Shown piece after piece: positions 19,367-28,483 of a stretch of DNA of 32,000 bases. Each line of letters opens with the position of its first letter. Position 1 is the stretch's first letter. Origin of the DNA: Bowmanella denitrificans (GTDB lineage Bacteria; Pseudomonadota; Gammaproteobacteria; Enterobacterales; Alteromonadaceae). The translations under genes and the position numbers were made by a program. Location: contig NZ_BAAAEI010000007.1 of the NCBI RefSeq assembly GCF_039522935.1, positions 84,501-116,500 on the forward strand. The letters run 5' to 3'. Under the pieces are notes generated by a model. The model saw nothing but the letters and a program-made list of their open reading frames with translations, was not told the DNA's origin and did not search any database.

Positions 19367-20446
19367 CTAGGAACTCAAACCACTTTTTAAGATGTGACAT
19401 ATGCGATCCACCTCTTGTGTTGACAAGTCTGTATAGAGAGGAAGACAAAGTATTCGATTCGCCAAAGACTCCGAGTTTGAACAATCAGACTGTTGATAAA
19501 ATGCCGGAGCTTTGTTCAGACTGGGATAAAAATAGCGCCGGGGATATACTTGCTCTTCTTGCAGGTTTTTCACACAACGATTAATATCTGCCTCTGATTC
19601 CAGGACTACAGGCATATAAGCACCATTGATCGATGCACCTTCCTGCCAATGCTGAAAACCAACACACCCTTGCAGATTCAGTTTATATTGATTAACTATT
19701 GCCAGCCTACGTTCAGTTATGCGTTGAATATCATCTAATACAGCCAATCCCATCGCGGCGTGAACTTCGCTCAACTTGGCATTAATACCTATCGTCTGGG
19801 GTATGCCGTGACTATCCAAGCCAAAATTAATCATCTGCTTGGCGCGTTCAAAATCCTCGCGCTGCCGAAACACAATAGCCCCACCCTCAACAGTATGGAA
19901 CAACTTGGTGGCGTGGAAGCTCAGGGTTGACGCATCACCTGCACAGAGTACAGACTTGCCTTTTTGTGTCACCCCAAAAGCATGCGCGGCGTCGTAAATC
20001 ACCTTGGCTTGCCTGGCATCGGCGTAAGCTTGTATAGCTTGGGTTTCGCAGGGATTACCAAAGACATGCACACCAAGAATTGCACTAAAATTCCCATTCT
20101 CGGGCAGAGTGCCAGCGGCGAGATTAAAGCTCTTAGGGCAAATATCGGAAAACACCGGTTTTAACCCCTCCCACGCCAGGGCACCGGGGGTGGCAGCAAA
20201 TGTAAAAGGTGTGGTTAGCACCTTGCCGTCTGCCTGCAGGCCCAGCGCCTTAAACGCCACCTGCAATGCCAGGGTGCCATTAGATACCAGCAACAGGTTT
20301 TGTACCCCCAGATAATCTTCCAGTCTTTGTGTTAATTCCTGGTGGAGCGGGCCACTATTGGTCAGCCATTGCCGTTGATAAATATCCGACAAGTACTTCT
20401 GATACTTTTCAATAGGGGGAAAGTAAGGCTTGGTTACAGGGATCAT
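19367..20446 (-). CDS. DegT/DnrJ/EryC1/StrS family PLP-dependent sugar aminotransferase
   Basis: Motifs are WLTNSGPLHQELTQRLEDYLG, SNGTLALQVAFKALG and the PLP-lysine motif SFHATK. The ORF maximum is 20494; the likely start is ATG 20446 (MIPVTKPYFPP). Whether it aminates C3 or C4 cannot be told from the sequence. Confidence 0.85.
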   Translation of the reverse strand: MIPVTKPYFPPIEKYQKYLSDIYQRQWLTNSGPLHQELTQRLEDYLGVQNLLLVSNGTLALQVAFKALGLQADGKVLTTPFTFAATPGALAWEGLKPVFSDICPKSFNLAAGTLPENGNFSAILGVHVFGNPCETQAIQAYADARQAKVIYDAAHAFGVTQKGKSVLCAGDASTLSFHATKLFHTVEGGAIVFRQREDFERAKQMINFGLDSHGIPQTIGINAKLSEVHAAMGLAVLDDIQRITERRLAIVNQYKLNLQGCVGFQHWQEGASINGAYMPVVLESEADINRCVKNLQEEQVYPRRYFYPSLNKAPAFYQQSDCSNSESLANRILCLPLYTDLSTQEVDRICHILKSGLSS

Positions 20447-20580
20447 CCGGAACATCCTAAATCGCAAGGGCGAGATTATGCCAGCATCCGCCAACTGCTT
20501 CCAGTTGGCGAACCTTGCAAAACGTATAAGAGTGTAATCGCAACATGGAAGAAGCCGCAGGTGATACCTTGATACGGCCT

Positions 20581-20931
20581 TTATAGCGATTGTTGGCTAT
20601 GCGATTGCTCGGCTTCAATAATAGCCAAACGCTGTACCAGACGGTTAATAGTAACCTGCATGCGGGCTCTTTCGATATCCGCCAGCAGAAGTTTAATCAA
20701 AATAACGCCCATTCCCACCAACACAGGAATAATGGGTGGATAGCCAATTTTGAGATATTGGCCCAGCACATCTACCCAGGAGGGAAATATCCCTGCTACC
20801 AATATAAGGCAGGCAATCAGCATCCATTTAATACCGTCGCGATGCATCAGATGGTCACGACGGATCAACACAATAATACTGATCCCGATAGCCAGGCTGA
20901 TTAGGGCAGAAATAAGTTGCGGAGTATTCAT
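20581..20931 (-). CDS. DUF2304-type small membrane protein
   Basis: The ORF maximum is 21033, but ATG 20931 (MNTPQLISALISL...) forms an ATGA overlap with the GT2 stop. The 116-aa product has four hydrophobic segments plus a C-terminal coiled tail (RLVQRLAIIEAEQ). This architecture and its pairing with a GT2 are typical of DUF2304. Confidence 0.65.
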   Translation of the reverse strand: MNTPQLISALISLAIGISIIVLIRRDHLMHRDGIKWMLIACLILVAGIFPSWVDVLGQYLKIGYPPIIPVLVGMGVILIKLLLADIERARMQVTINRLVQRLAIIEAEQSHSQQSL

Positions 20932-21647
20932 TTCTCGTCTTCTGCTGTGACACGCCGCGCATTCTTGTCCGGCATGGATTTGGCAAAACTCAGTAATAAT
21001 GTCGAAGCCATATAGTATCCCACCTTGAACCAAGAGGAAAAAATTCTCGACTTACCATCAGCCCGCTCATTCATCTCAACTTCGACCTCATATACCGAAA
21101 GTCCTGCTGACTTGATGAACAGTAATACCCCAACATCTTGATATTCCAAGTACGAGGCGCGTGAGCTGACCAATAACATCAAGGCCTCGGCATTATATAA
21201 CCTAAACCCTGAGGTCAAGTCACGCACCGACAACCCACCAATACGGCGAAACAAAGCCCTGGCAAACTGACGCAGCAAGCCGCCGCGCAGTGAGCTTGCT
21301 CCAACAATAACCTGCGCCTTTGCCTCCACCTCCCTGAGCTTGGCAATTTCACCGGCCAGATGCTGGCCATCGGCATCCATGGTAATCACTCGTCGATAAC
21401 CTTGCCGCCAGGCATATCGCATCCCTGTTTGCATGGCGATCCAGGCGCCCTTGCTTTCGCAGTGTGCCAGAACGCTGGCTCCGGCAGCCTTGGCAATGCA
21501 GGCGGTTTGATCGGTACTGCCATCGTCTACCAGAATAACCGGCAGACCGGTGTTCTTGTGAATATCAGCCAGTACCCCAGCAATGCTTGCCGATTCGTTT
21601 TTGGCGGGAATAACAATGGCAGTTTTAATAGATCCAACTCCGAACAT
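20928..21647 (-). CDS. GT2 polyprenyl-phosphate glycosyltransferase-like enzyme (DPM1/PpgS/GtrB-like)
   Basis: Motifs are AIVIPAKNESASIAGVL, LVDDGSTDQT and the DxD motif MDADGQH. It is a short soluble 239-aa GT2 coupled to a DUF2304 gene. Confidence 0.7.
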   Translation of the reverse strand: MFGVGSIKTAIVIPAKNESASIAGVLADIHKNTGLPVILVDDGSTDQTACIAKAAGASVLAHCESKGAWIAMQTGMRYAWRQGYRRVITMDADGQHLAGEIAKLREVEAKAQVIVGASSLRGGLLRQFARALFRRIGGLSVRDLTSGFRLYNAEALMLLVSSRASYLEYQDVGVLLFIKSAGLSVYEVEVEMNERADGKSRIFSSWFKVGYYMASTLLLSFAKSMPDKNARRVTAEDEK

Positions 21648-21677
21648 TAGTAATACGCCAATAATGCCCTTGTATAT

Positions 21678-22883
21678 TTATGCTGTCGTCTTTTTGTCTC
21701 GCTCCAGCAGCCAGTAACATACGCATATTAACAACAGAGCAATTACGCATTCAGTAGCTAAACGGGTAATGGCCGCACCTATTCCAGCAAAATGTGGAAT
21801 AAGCAGAATATTGCCGATTGAGCAGAGTAGCAGACCAGCGGCACAGATTTTTACATAACTCCATTCCTTGTCCCTGGCGAACAACCAATGTGACAGCAAC
21901 ATGCTCAAGCCCATGGGCAACAGGGCCAACAGTAGCAGGCTGATCAAGGTGTGACTTTGCTCATATGCCGGGAACATCCAGGCCAGCAACCAGGGGCCAA
22001 GTAACTGCCAACCAACCAGAATAAAGATGACCACCAACAACAACAGCCCCACAAACGGCCAGAGGTGGCGCCATAAGGAGTCTTTATCATTTGTGCGCCG
22101 GTTGTAGCGGTTAAAAAACAGATAACTTAAAGGCGATGTCAGCAATACACAGGCCTCAAACACTTGTATCGCAAAGAAATACTCGGCTACCTGTACTTCC
22201 TTTACCCCATAGGCGCTAAGTAGCAAGACATCCAGTTTCATATAGGCAATAGTGGCCACTTCCAACAAAAAGAAATTACGCAGCAAAGGGTTGCCAAAAG
22301 GCAGCGTCAGTCGGCTAATCGGCTGTACATAAGAACAAAGTGTGGAAACCCCCTTGACGATTGTTAGCGCCATCAAGCTGGCCAGCGCAGCAACAGCGAA
22401 AACGCCAACTATATCCAAATCGCCGGCAAGGCAATAAACCCCGAGGCAACCAAGCAACCAGATGCCGCGGTATAAAGGCAGTGAAACGGCGTCGCGTAAA
22501 TAAAACCCCAGCCCGCGATGAATATTGCTGACCAGCGTCATAAGGTACAAGGCTAAAAATGCCAGGGCTGCCAAGCCTGTTTCCAGATTGAAAAACAACG
22601 CCAGCAAGGAAAAAAACACACAACCGCAAAGCCACAACTGCAATGTTCCAAAATACCGTGCAACATCCTGAATCCGGTTCTGACTACTAAGCTTAAATAA
22701 GGCTTCCTTGTGACCAAAATTAACCAGTATTAAAAGTAAGCTCATCACAGATGTAAGTACGCCGTACTGGGCATACTCAGACTTTGACAAACTATTCGCC
22801 AGAAACAGCAGTAACAGGTAGCTAACCAGGATATTACCCAGAGAAAATGCCAGATAGTGGCCGTATTGTTTTTTTATGCTCAC
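21678..22883 (-). CDS. Second MOP-family oligosaccharide flippase-like membrane protein
   Basis: The 401-aa polytopic protein has a Wzx-like N-terminus (LAFSLGNILVSYLLLLFLANSLSKSEYAQYGVLTSVMSLLLILVNFG). Confidence 0.65.
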   Translation of the reverse strand: MSIKKQYGHYLAFSLGNILVSYLLLLFLANSLSKSEYAQYGVLTSVMSLLLILVNFGHKEALFKLSSQNRIQDVARYFGTLQLWLCGCVFFSLLALFFNLETGLAALAFLALYLMTLVSNIHRGLGFYLRDAVSLPLYRGIWLLGCLGVYCLAGDLDIVGVFAVAALASLMALTIVKGVSTLCSYVQPISRLTLPFGNPLLRNFFLLEVATIAYMKLDVLLLSAYGVKEVQVAEYFFAIQVFEACVLLTSPLSYLFFNRYNRRTNDKDSLWRHLWPFVGLLLLVVIFILVGWQLLGPWLLAWMFPAYEQSHTLISLLLLALLPMGLSMLLSHWLFARDKEWSYVKICAAGLLLCSIGNILLIPHFAGIGAAITRLATECVIALLLICVCYWLLERDKKTTA

Positions 22884-22976
22884 GGGTAACTAATGCTGCT
22901 CAATAAAGTAATCGCCGACAGACCATCGGCTGCCGGAAAATGAATCGAGTTTTGCGCTTGTGTGCTAATCCGCACG

Positions 22977-24908
22977 TCAAACTAATTTCAAGCGCACCTC
23001 TTCCTGGGACTTACTTTCGCCCCGCCCATGGCACCATAGCAAATCGGCCACCGGCGTGATGGGGTGAAAGCCGGTTGGTGCCTTTTCAAGCAGCTCGCGA
23101 ATCGCCTGAATATTTCCTGTAGTGATTTGTTTTTCCAGATGAGCAAGTAAGTCATTCAAATCTCGCTCCCCCATAGAGTCCTCCCTGGCTCGCATAATGC
23201 GCGGATGACCAGTCCCCTCAACTTCGCCACCAATCAGAAGTTCCTCATAGAGTTTCTCACCCGGACGCAAGCCGGTAAACTCTATGGCAATATCGCCTTC
23301 AGGATTGGCCTCACTGCGCACATCATACCCCATCAAGTGGATCATCTTCTCGGCCATTTCTACTATTTTGACCGGCTGGCCCATATCCAGCACAAAGACT
23401 TCACCGCCTTTTGCCATGGCACCGGCCTGGATCACCAAAGAAGCAGCCTCGGGAATAGTCATAAAATAACGGGTAATATCTGGATGGGTAACAGTCACTG
23501 GCCCACCTTGTTCTATCTGCTTACGAAACAATGGAACAACTGAACCTGAGGAACCCAGTACATTACCAAAACGCACCATACTAAACACTGTTGAACCGGA
23601 CCGTTTAGCCAAATCCTGTATTACCAACTCTGCGGTACGCTTAGTGGTGCCCATCACATTAGTGGGACGCACGGCTTTATCGGTAGAAACCAGCACAAAG
23701 TGCTCAACCTGATGCCTGAGGGCCGCTTCGGCAACAGTTTTGGTTCCCCAGATATTGTTACGGATACCGGCCACCACATTAAATTCCACCAGAGGTACAT
23801 GCTTGTACGCAGCAGCGTGGTAAATGGTCTGAATCTGGTAAGAACCTAAAACTCCGTCCACCAGGGCTGGATCCTGAACCGAGCCCAAGATAGGCACAAT
23901 TTTTAGCCCAGGCGCCAGCTCTCTAAGCTCTTTTTCAATGGCATACAGATTGAATTCCGACTGCTCAAGTAGCACCAGCTTCTGCGGTTTCAACGCCACA
24001 ATCTGCCGACACAACTCGGAACCGATAGAGCCCCCGGCCCCGGTTACCAATACACACTTAGCGAGATTACATTTATTCAATAGTTCAGTATTGGGTGCGA
24101 CTGGCTCACGCCCCAGCAAATCCTGAATTTCCACCGTTCTTAACTGGTTCACACTTACCTTGCCACTCACCAGGTCTGCCGTTCCCGGTATCGTCAGCAT
24201 CTCAATATGTAATGCCTGAACTCTGTTGAAAATGTCTTTCTGCTGGCGACTGGATGCACTGGGGATGGCAAATAATACTTTATCTATCTGGTACTTCTTG
24301 ACCAGTTCCGGCAGGTATTCAGGGGAAAAGACTTTTACATCAGCCACAGTAGTACCCTGCAATTGAGAACTGTCATCAATAAACACCACCGGGCGATATT
24401 CTGCACCATTCTGCAATGACAAGCAGAGCTGTCTGCCCGCAGAACCAGCACCATAGATCGCCACCGGCTTGCGCGTCTGGCTACCTTGCGCATTAATGAG
24501 ACCGCGGACAAACAAACGAGATCCGGCAACAAAAATAAGAATCAAGGTAAAGTAGATGAAAGGAATAGAGCGGGGAAGATCGGCTCTGATAGTAAAAGAG
24601 AGAAAAACCAGTACTGCTACTGAACCGACACTGCCCCAGAAAATATTAGACAGAACTTTAACGTCCAGGTAGCGAATCACCGCCCGGTATAGCCCCAGTC
24701 TTATCCACAAAACCAGGGTCAGAGGAATCAGTGCTGACATTAGCCACAAGGTTTCTTTGTCCAGATAAGCTTTGGCACCTTCAAACCCAACGCGGATATA
24801 CAAGGCCAGTACCATAGCCGATGCGATAAACACGACATCGAAAAGAAGGGTAATCAAACGCTTATAAATGCGTGGGATTTCAAAAAAATGCTGAATAAGA
24901 TTTTTCAT
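22977..24908 (-). CDS. Membrane-anchored UDP-HexNAc 4,6-dehydratase, WbpM/PglF/CapD family
   Basis: The 643-aa protein has four N-terminal TM helices. Motifs are VLVTGAGGSIGSELCRQI, YKHVPLVE and MVRFGNVLGSSGSVVPLF. Confidence 0.9.
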   Translation of the reverse strand: MKNLIQHFFEIPRIYKRLITLLFDVVFIASAMVLALYIRVGFEGAKAYLDKETLWLMSALIPLTLVLWIRLGLYRAVIRYLDVKVLSNIFWGSVGSVAVLVFLSFTIRADLPRSIPFIYFTLILIFVAGSRLFVRGLINAQGSQTRKPVAIYGAGSAGRQLCLSLQNGAEYRPVVFIDDSSQLQGTTVADVKVFSPEYLPELVKKYQIDKVLFAIPSASSRQQKDIFNRVQALHIEMLTIPGTADLVSGKVSVNQLRTVEIQDLLGREPVAPNTELLNKCNLAKCVLVTGAGGSIGSELCRQIVALKPQKLVLLEQSEFNLYAIEKELRELAPGLKIVPILGSVQDPALVDGVLGSYQIQTIYHAAAYKHVPLVEFNVVAGIRNNIWGTKTVAEAALRHQVEHFVLVSTDKAVRPTNVMGTTKRTAELVIQDLAKRSGSTVFSMVRFGNVLGSSGSVVPLFRKQIEQGGPVTVTHPDITRYFMTIPEAASLVIQAGAMAKGGEVFVLDMGQPVKIVEMAEKMIHLMGYDVRSEANPEGDIAIEFTGLRPGEKLYEELLIGGEVEGTGHPRIMRAREDSMGERDLNDLLAHLEKQITTGNIQAIRELLEKAPTGFHPITPVADLLWCHGRGESKSQEEVRLKLV

Positions 24909-25169
24909 TAATTATTCTGTCCGGCCAGCCGCACAGCGGCGAAACTCCTGCATTCCAGCCAGGCTGGCATACGATTGAAAAAGAAAAATCGTATTGTACC
25001 CCATGATGGGCAAATTCAAACAGGCTATCACTGTAAGTTTAACCTCCGCCCCTGGGTTTGTCGTACCGGCGTCCGATTCGTAAAAAACTATCTTGCACAA
25101 AGTGCCATCAGTTGAACCGCCCACTTATATGCGCAATAACGAAGTTGACCTTCCGATTTTCACATAAAC

Positions 25170-26345
<1,176 letters not shown>

Positions 26346-26364
26346 GGCAGTACCAGACCGAACA

Positions 26365-28482
26365 ATGACAACAGCACAACCCTTTCCCCTAAAACACATA
26401 GGCAGCTTTACCCTGCTGTTTCTTTTGTCGGTATTGCGCCCAGCAGCCATCTGGCCAGATATCCCCTTCTCCTTCGCGCCCTTAACCGTCTTAGCCCTAG
26501 GCTTTCTGCTGCTGTACAAAATCAACGCCACCCTAGGTTTTAAAGCCTTCTGGCAAAAATACAAAATCGAACTGCTACTGGTACTGGCCTACCAAGCCCT
26601 GTGCCTGATTTCCCTGTATGTAAACAAACATCGCTACGCGGACACGGGAGAAATTATTCAGTGGGGACTTACGCCCATTATTGTGCAAGGTGCTTTGCCA
26701 GCAGCGGTGTTTCTTTTTTTTCTACCCCAGAATCATTCCAGGTTTTCCCTTTCCCACTGGCGTTACAGCTGGATTTTTCCATTATTCATAGCCCTACTGA
26801 TTCCCGCAGTAGCTATCTGGCAAGTTATTGATAACCAGAGTGCTTATCAGCTCTACCAATATTCCATTGCGGGTAATGTGGACGAAGCGCCTATTGTCAG
26901 GAGTGTACTGGCGATTAGTACAGATTTGGGAGCGATCTCAGCCCTGTTGACGATAGCAAGTTTTTACCTCTCAGTAAGCTTTTTGCAATCACAACGTTAT
27001 TTCGTTGGCTTCACCTTACTCGCGGTAACACTGTTTAACCTTGGTGGTGGTATTAGCAGCGGCGCAAGAGTGTTTATCCTGATGCTATTAGCCGCTGGTG
27101 TTAGCTATCTAGTCATTATGTTTCGAAAACAACCACGGCTTCTCCTCCTGGGGGGAGTAGCAACAGTGACAGCTTCGCTTTTTCTCGTGCAGGTGGCTCC
27201 AGTGCATACAGCCTCAAAACTTGCCAACTTATTTCCCTTTGTTCTTCCTCTAAACCTAGGAATTTCATTTGTTCCATCAGATTTCATTCCGAATTTTACG
27301 GCAGCCTCCCTAGGAGAAAGAGCACTATTATGGCAACGCGCCGTAGACCAAATCACACAAAATCCAATTTTAGGCATAAGCAATGGGGGTTTTAGGCTAC
27401 TAGGTGAATCTTTAGGTGAGACTCGAATAAACAACACTCACAATGTAGTTCTTCAATCCGCTGTAGATGCAGGTCTACTAGGTCTTACAGTGCTGACAGC
27501 CTTGTTCATTAGAGTCACATCTCGAGCAGACAATACCTTTTATTATTTAATCTTGATGGTTTGTGTCATTGGCTTATTAGTAGACAATTTCACAGATCAC
27601 AGCTTACCTTGGATGATTTTTTCTGCCGGCACATTAATTATTAAAGAATACAATCCCCTGCCCCACGGAAAAACAAGAACCACAATTTCAACAAGAAAAA
27701 ACGAAAGGTTTTTGATTTCAATTGCATCACTTTGTATTCTTGGCATACTGACACATTACTTATTTGAGCGATATCAAAATACAAAGCTAGAACCAAAGGA
27801 TTTAGTTAAAAGGATATACCCTGTCATTGCGGAAAGGCATCGACATGGGGGGCCTATTATTATATCGGACGATATAGACTGGGATACAAAAGATACTTCA
27901 AGGAACGATATCACTAAACTTTTTTCATCTATAGATAGCAAGCACTATTGCGATTATCTCTATCGGCAAGCCACATATATATATAACAGAAAAGAAAGGA
28001 CCTCCCTAGATTCAGGTAGAAAAATATCCGATAAACTAACGATAGCAACACATTCTAATGAAGATTGCGCCCTTACATTAACCAACCCACTAGACAGCAA
28101 GAACTGGGTTAGCAATCACCACCAATATTTAGTTAGAAATGGGCGACAAGCAGATAATAGCTTAAGGTTAATGTACGAAAGCATCTTTCTCTGGTCACCT
28201 ATCATTGAAGTATCTAAAAATAGCAAAATTCAATTTAAGGCCTCTTCCAGAGCTGCTAATGGGATATATCCAACACTCGGCATAACCATTTACGACAGCG
28301 ATACTGGTGAAGCAGTTTGGAGTGAAAAAGAAAAATTTGTAGGTGAAAACACAGTCTTTACACTGTCACCACCAGGCAACGCAACCAGAGTCTATTTAAG
28401 ACTGAGGCTGCATGATTACATATTCGATCAAGATAACCGAGAATACCAATTAGTGGAGTTACGGGATTTCAAGGTTGAATAG
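26365..28482 (+). CDS. O-antigen ligase / Wzy_C family polytopic membrane protein with additional TM helix and ~235-aa C-terminal extracytoplasmic domain of unknown function
   Basis: This 705-aa ORF has a polytopic N-terminal region of about 430 aa carrying the Wzy_C loop signature (RINNTHNVVLQSAVDAGLLGLTVLTALFI). An extra hydrophobic helix follows (FLISIASLCILGILTHYLF), then a hydrophilic beta-rich tail ending ...VYLRLRLHDYIFDQDNREYQLVELRDFKVE. Confidence 0.7.
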   Translation: MTTAQPFPLKHIGSFTLLFLLSVLRPAAIWPDIPFSFAPLTVLALGFLLLYKINATLGFKAFWQKYKIELLLVLAYQALCLISLYVNKHRYADTGEIIQWGLTPIIVQGALPAAVFLFFLPQNHSRFSLSHWRYSWIFPLFIALLIPAVAIWQVIDNQSAYQLYQYSIAGNVDEAPIVRSVLAISTDLGAISALLTIASFYLSVSFLQSQRYFVGFTLLAVTLFNLGGGISSGARVFILMLLAAGVSYLVIMFRKQPRLLLLGGVATVTASLFLVQVAPVHTASKLANLFPFVLPLNLGISFVPSDFIPNFTAASLGERALLWQRAVDQITQNPILGISNGGFRLLGESLGETRINNTHNVVLQSAVDAGLLGLTVLTALFIRVTSRADNTFYYLILMVCVIGLLVDNFTDHSLPWMIFSAGTLIIKEYNPLPHGKTRTTISTRKNERFLISIASLCILGILTHYLFERYQNTKLEPKDLVKRIYPVIAERHRHGGPIIISDDIDWDTKDTSRNDITKLFSSIDSKHYCDYLYRQATYIYNRKERTSLDSGRKISDKLTIATHSNEDCALTLTNPLDSKNWVSNHHQYLVRNGRQADNSLRLMYESIFLWSPIIEVSKNSKIQFKASSRAANGIYPTLGITIYDSDTGEAVWSEKEKFVGENTVFTLSPPGNATRVYLRLRLHDYIFDQDNREYQLVELRDFKVE

Positions 28483-28483
28483 T

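Noticed and set aside
25092-25107. A TGGCAC hexamer on the minus strand, about 190 nt upstream of the WbpM-like gene, that looked like a third sigma54 promoter
   Set aside because: The sequence is TGGCAC-TTTGT-GCAAG. The GC of the would-be -12 element is 2 nt too close to the GG (8 nt between them instead of 10), and the TTGC context is missing, so it does not fit the -24/-12 geometry.
26497-27481. Apparent excess of CTAG tetranucleotides (7 in about 1 kb) and repeated TTTAGG strings (27368-27420) in the ligase-family gene
   Set aside because: Seven per kb is not far from random expectation of about 4 per kb. It only looks high because CTAG is usually depleted in proteobacteria. The TTTAGG strings are explained by repeated Leu-Gly codon pairs (tta ggx) in frame.
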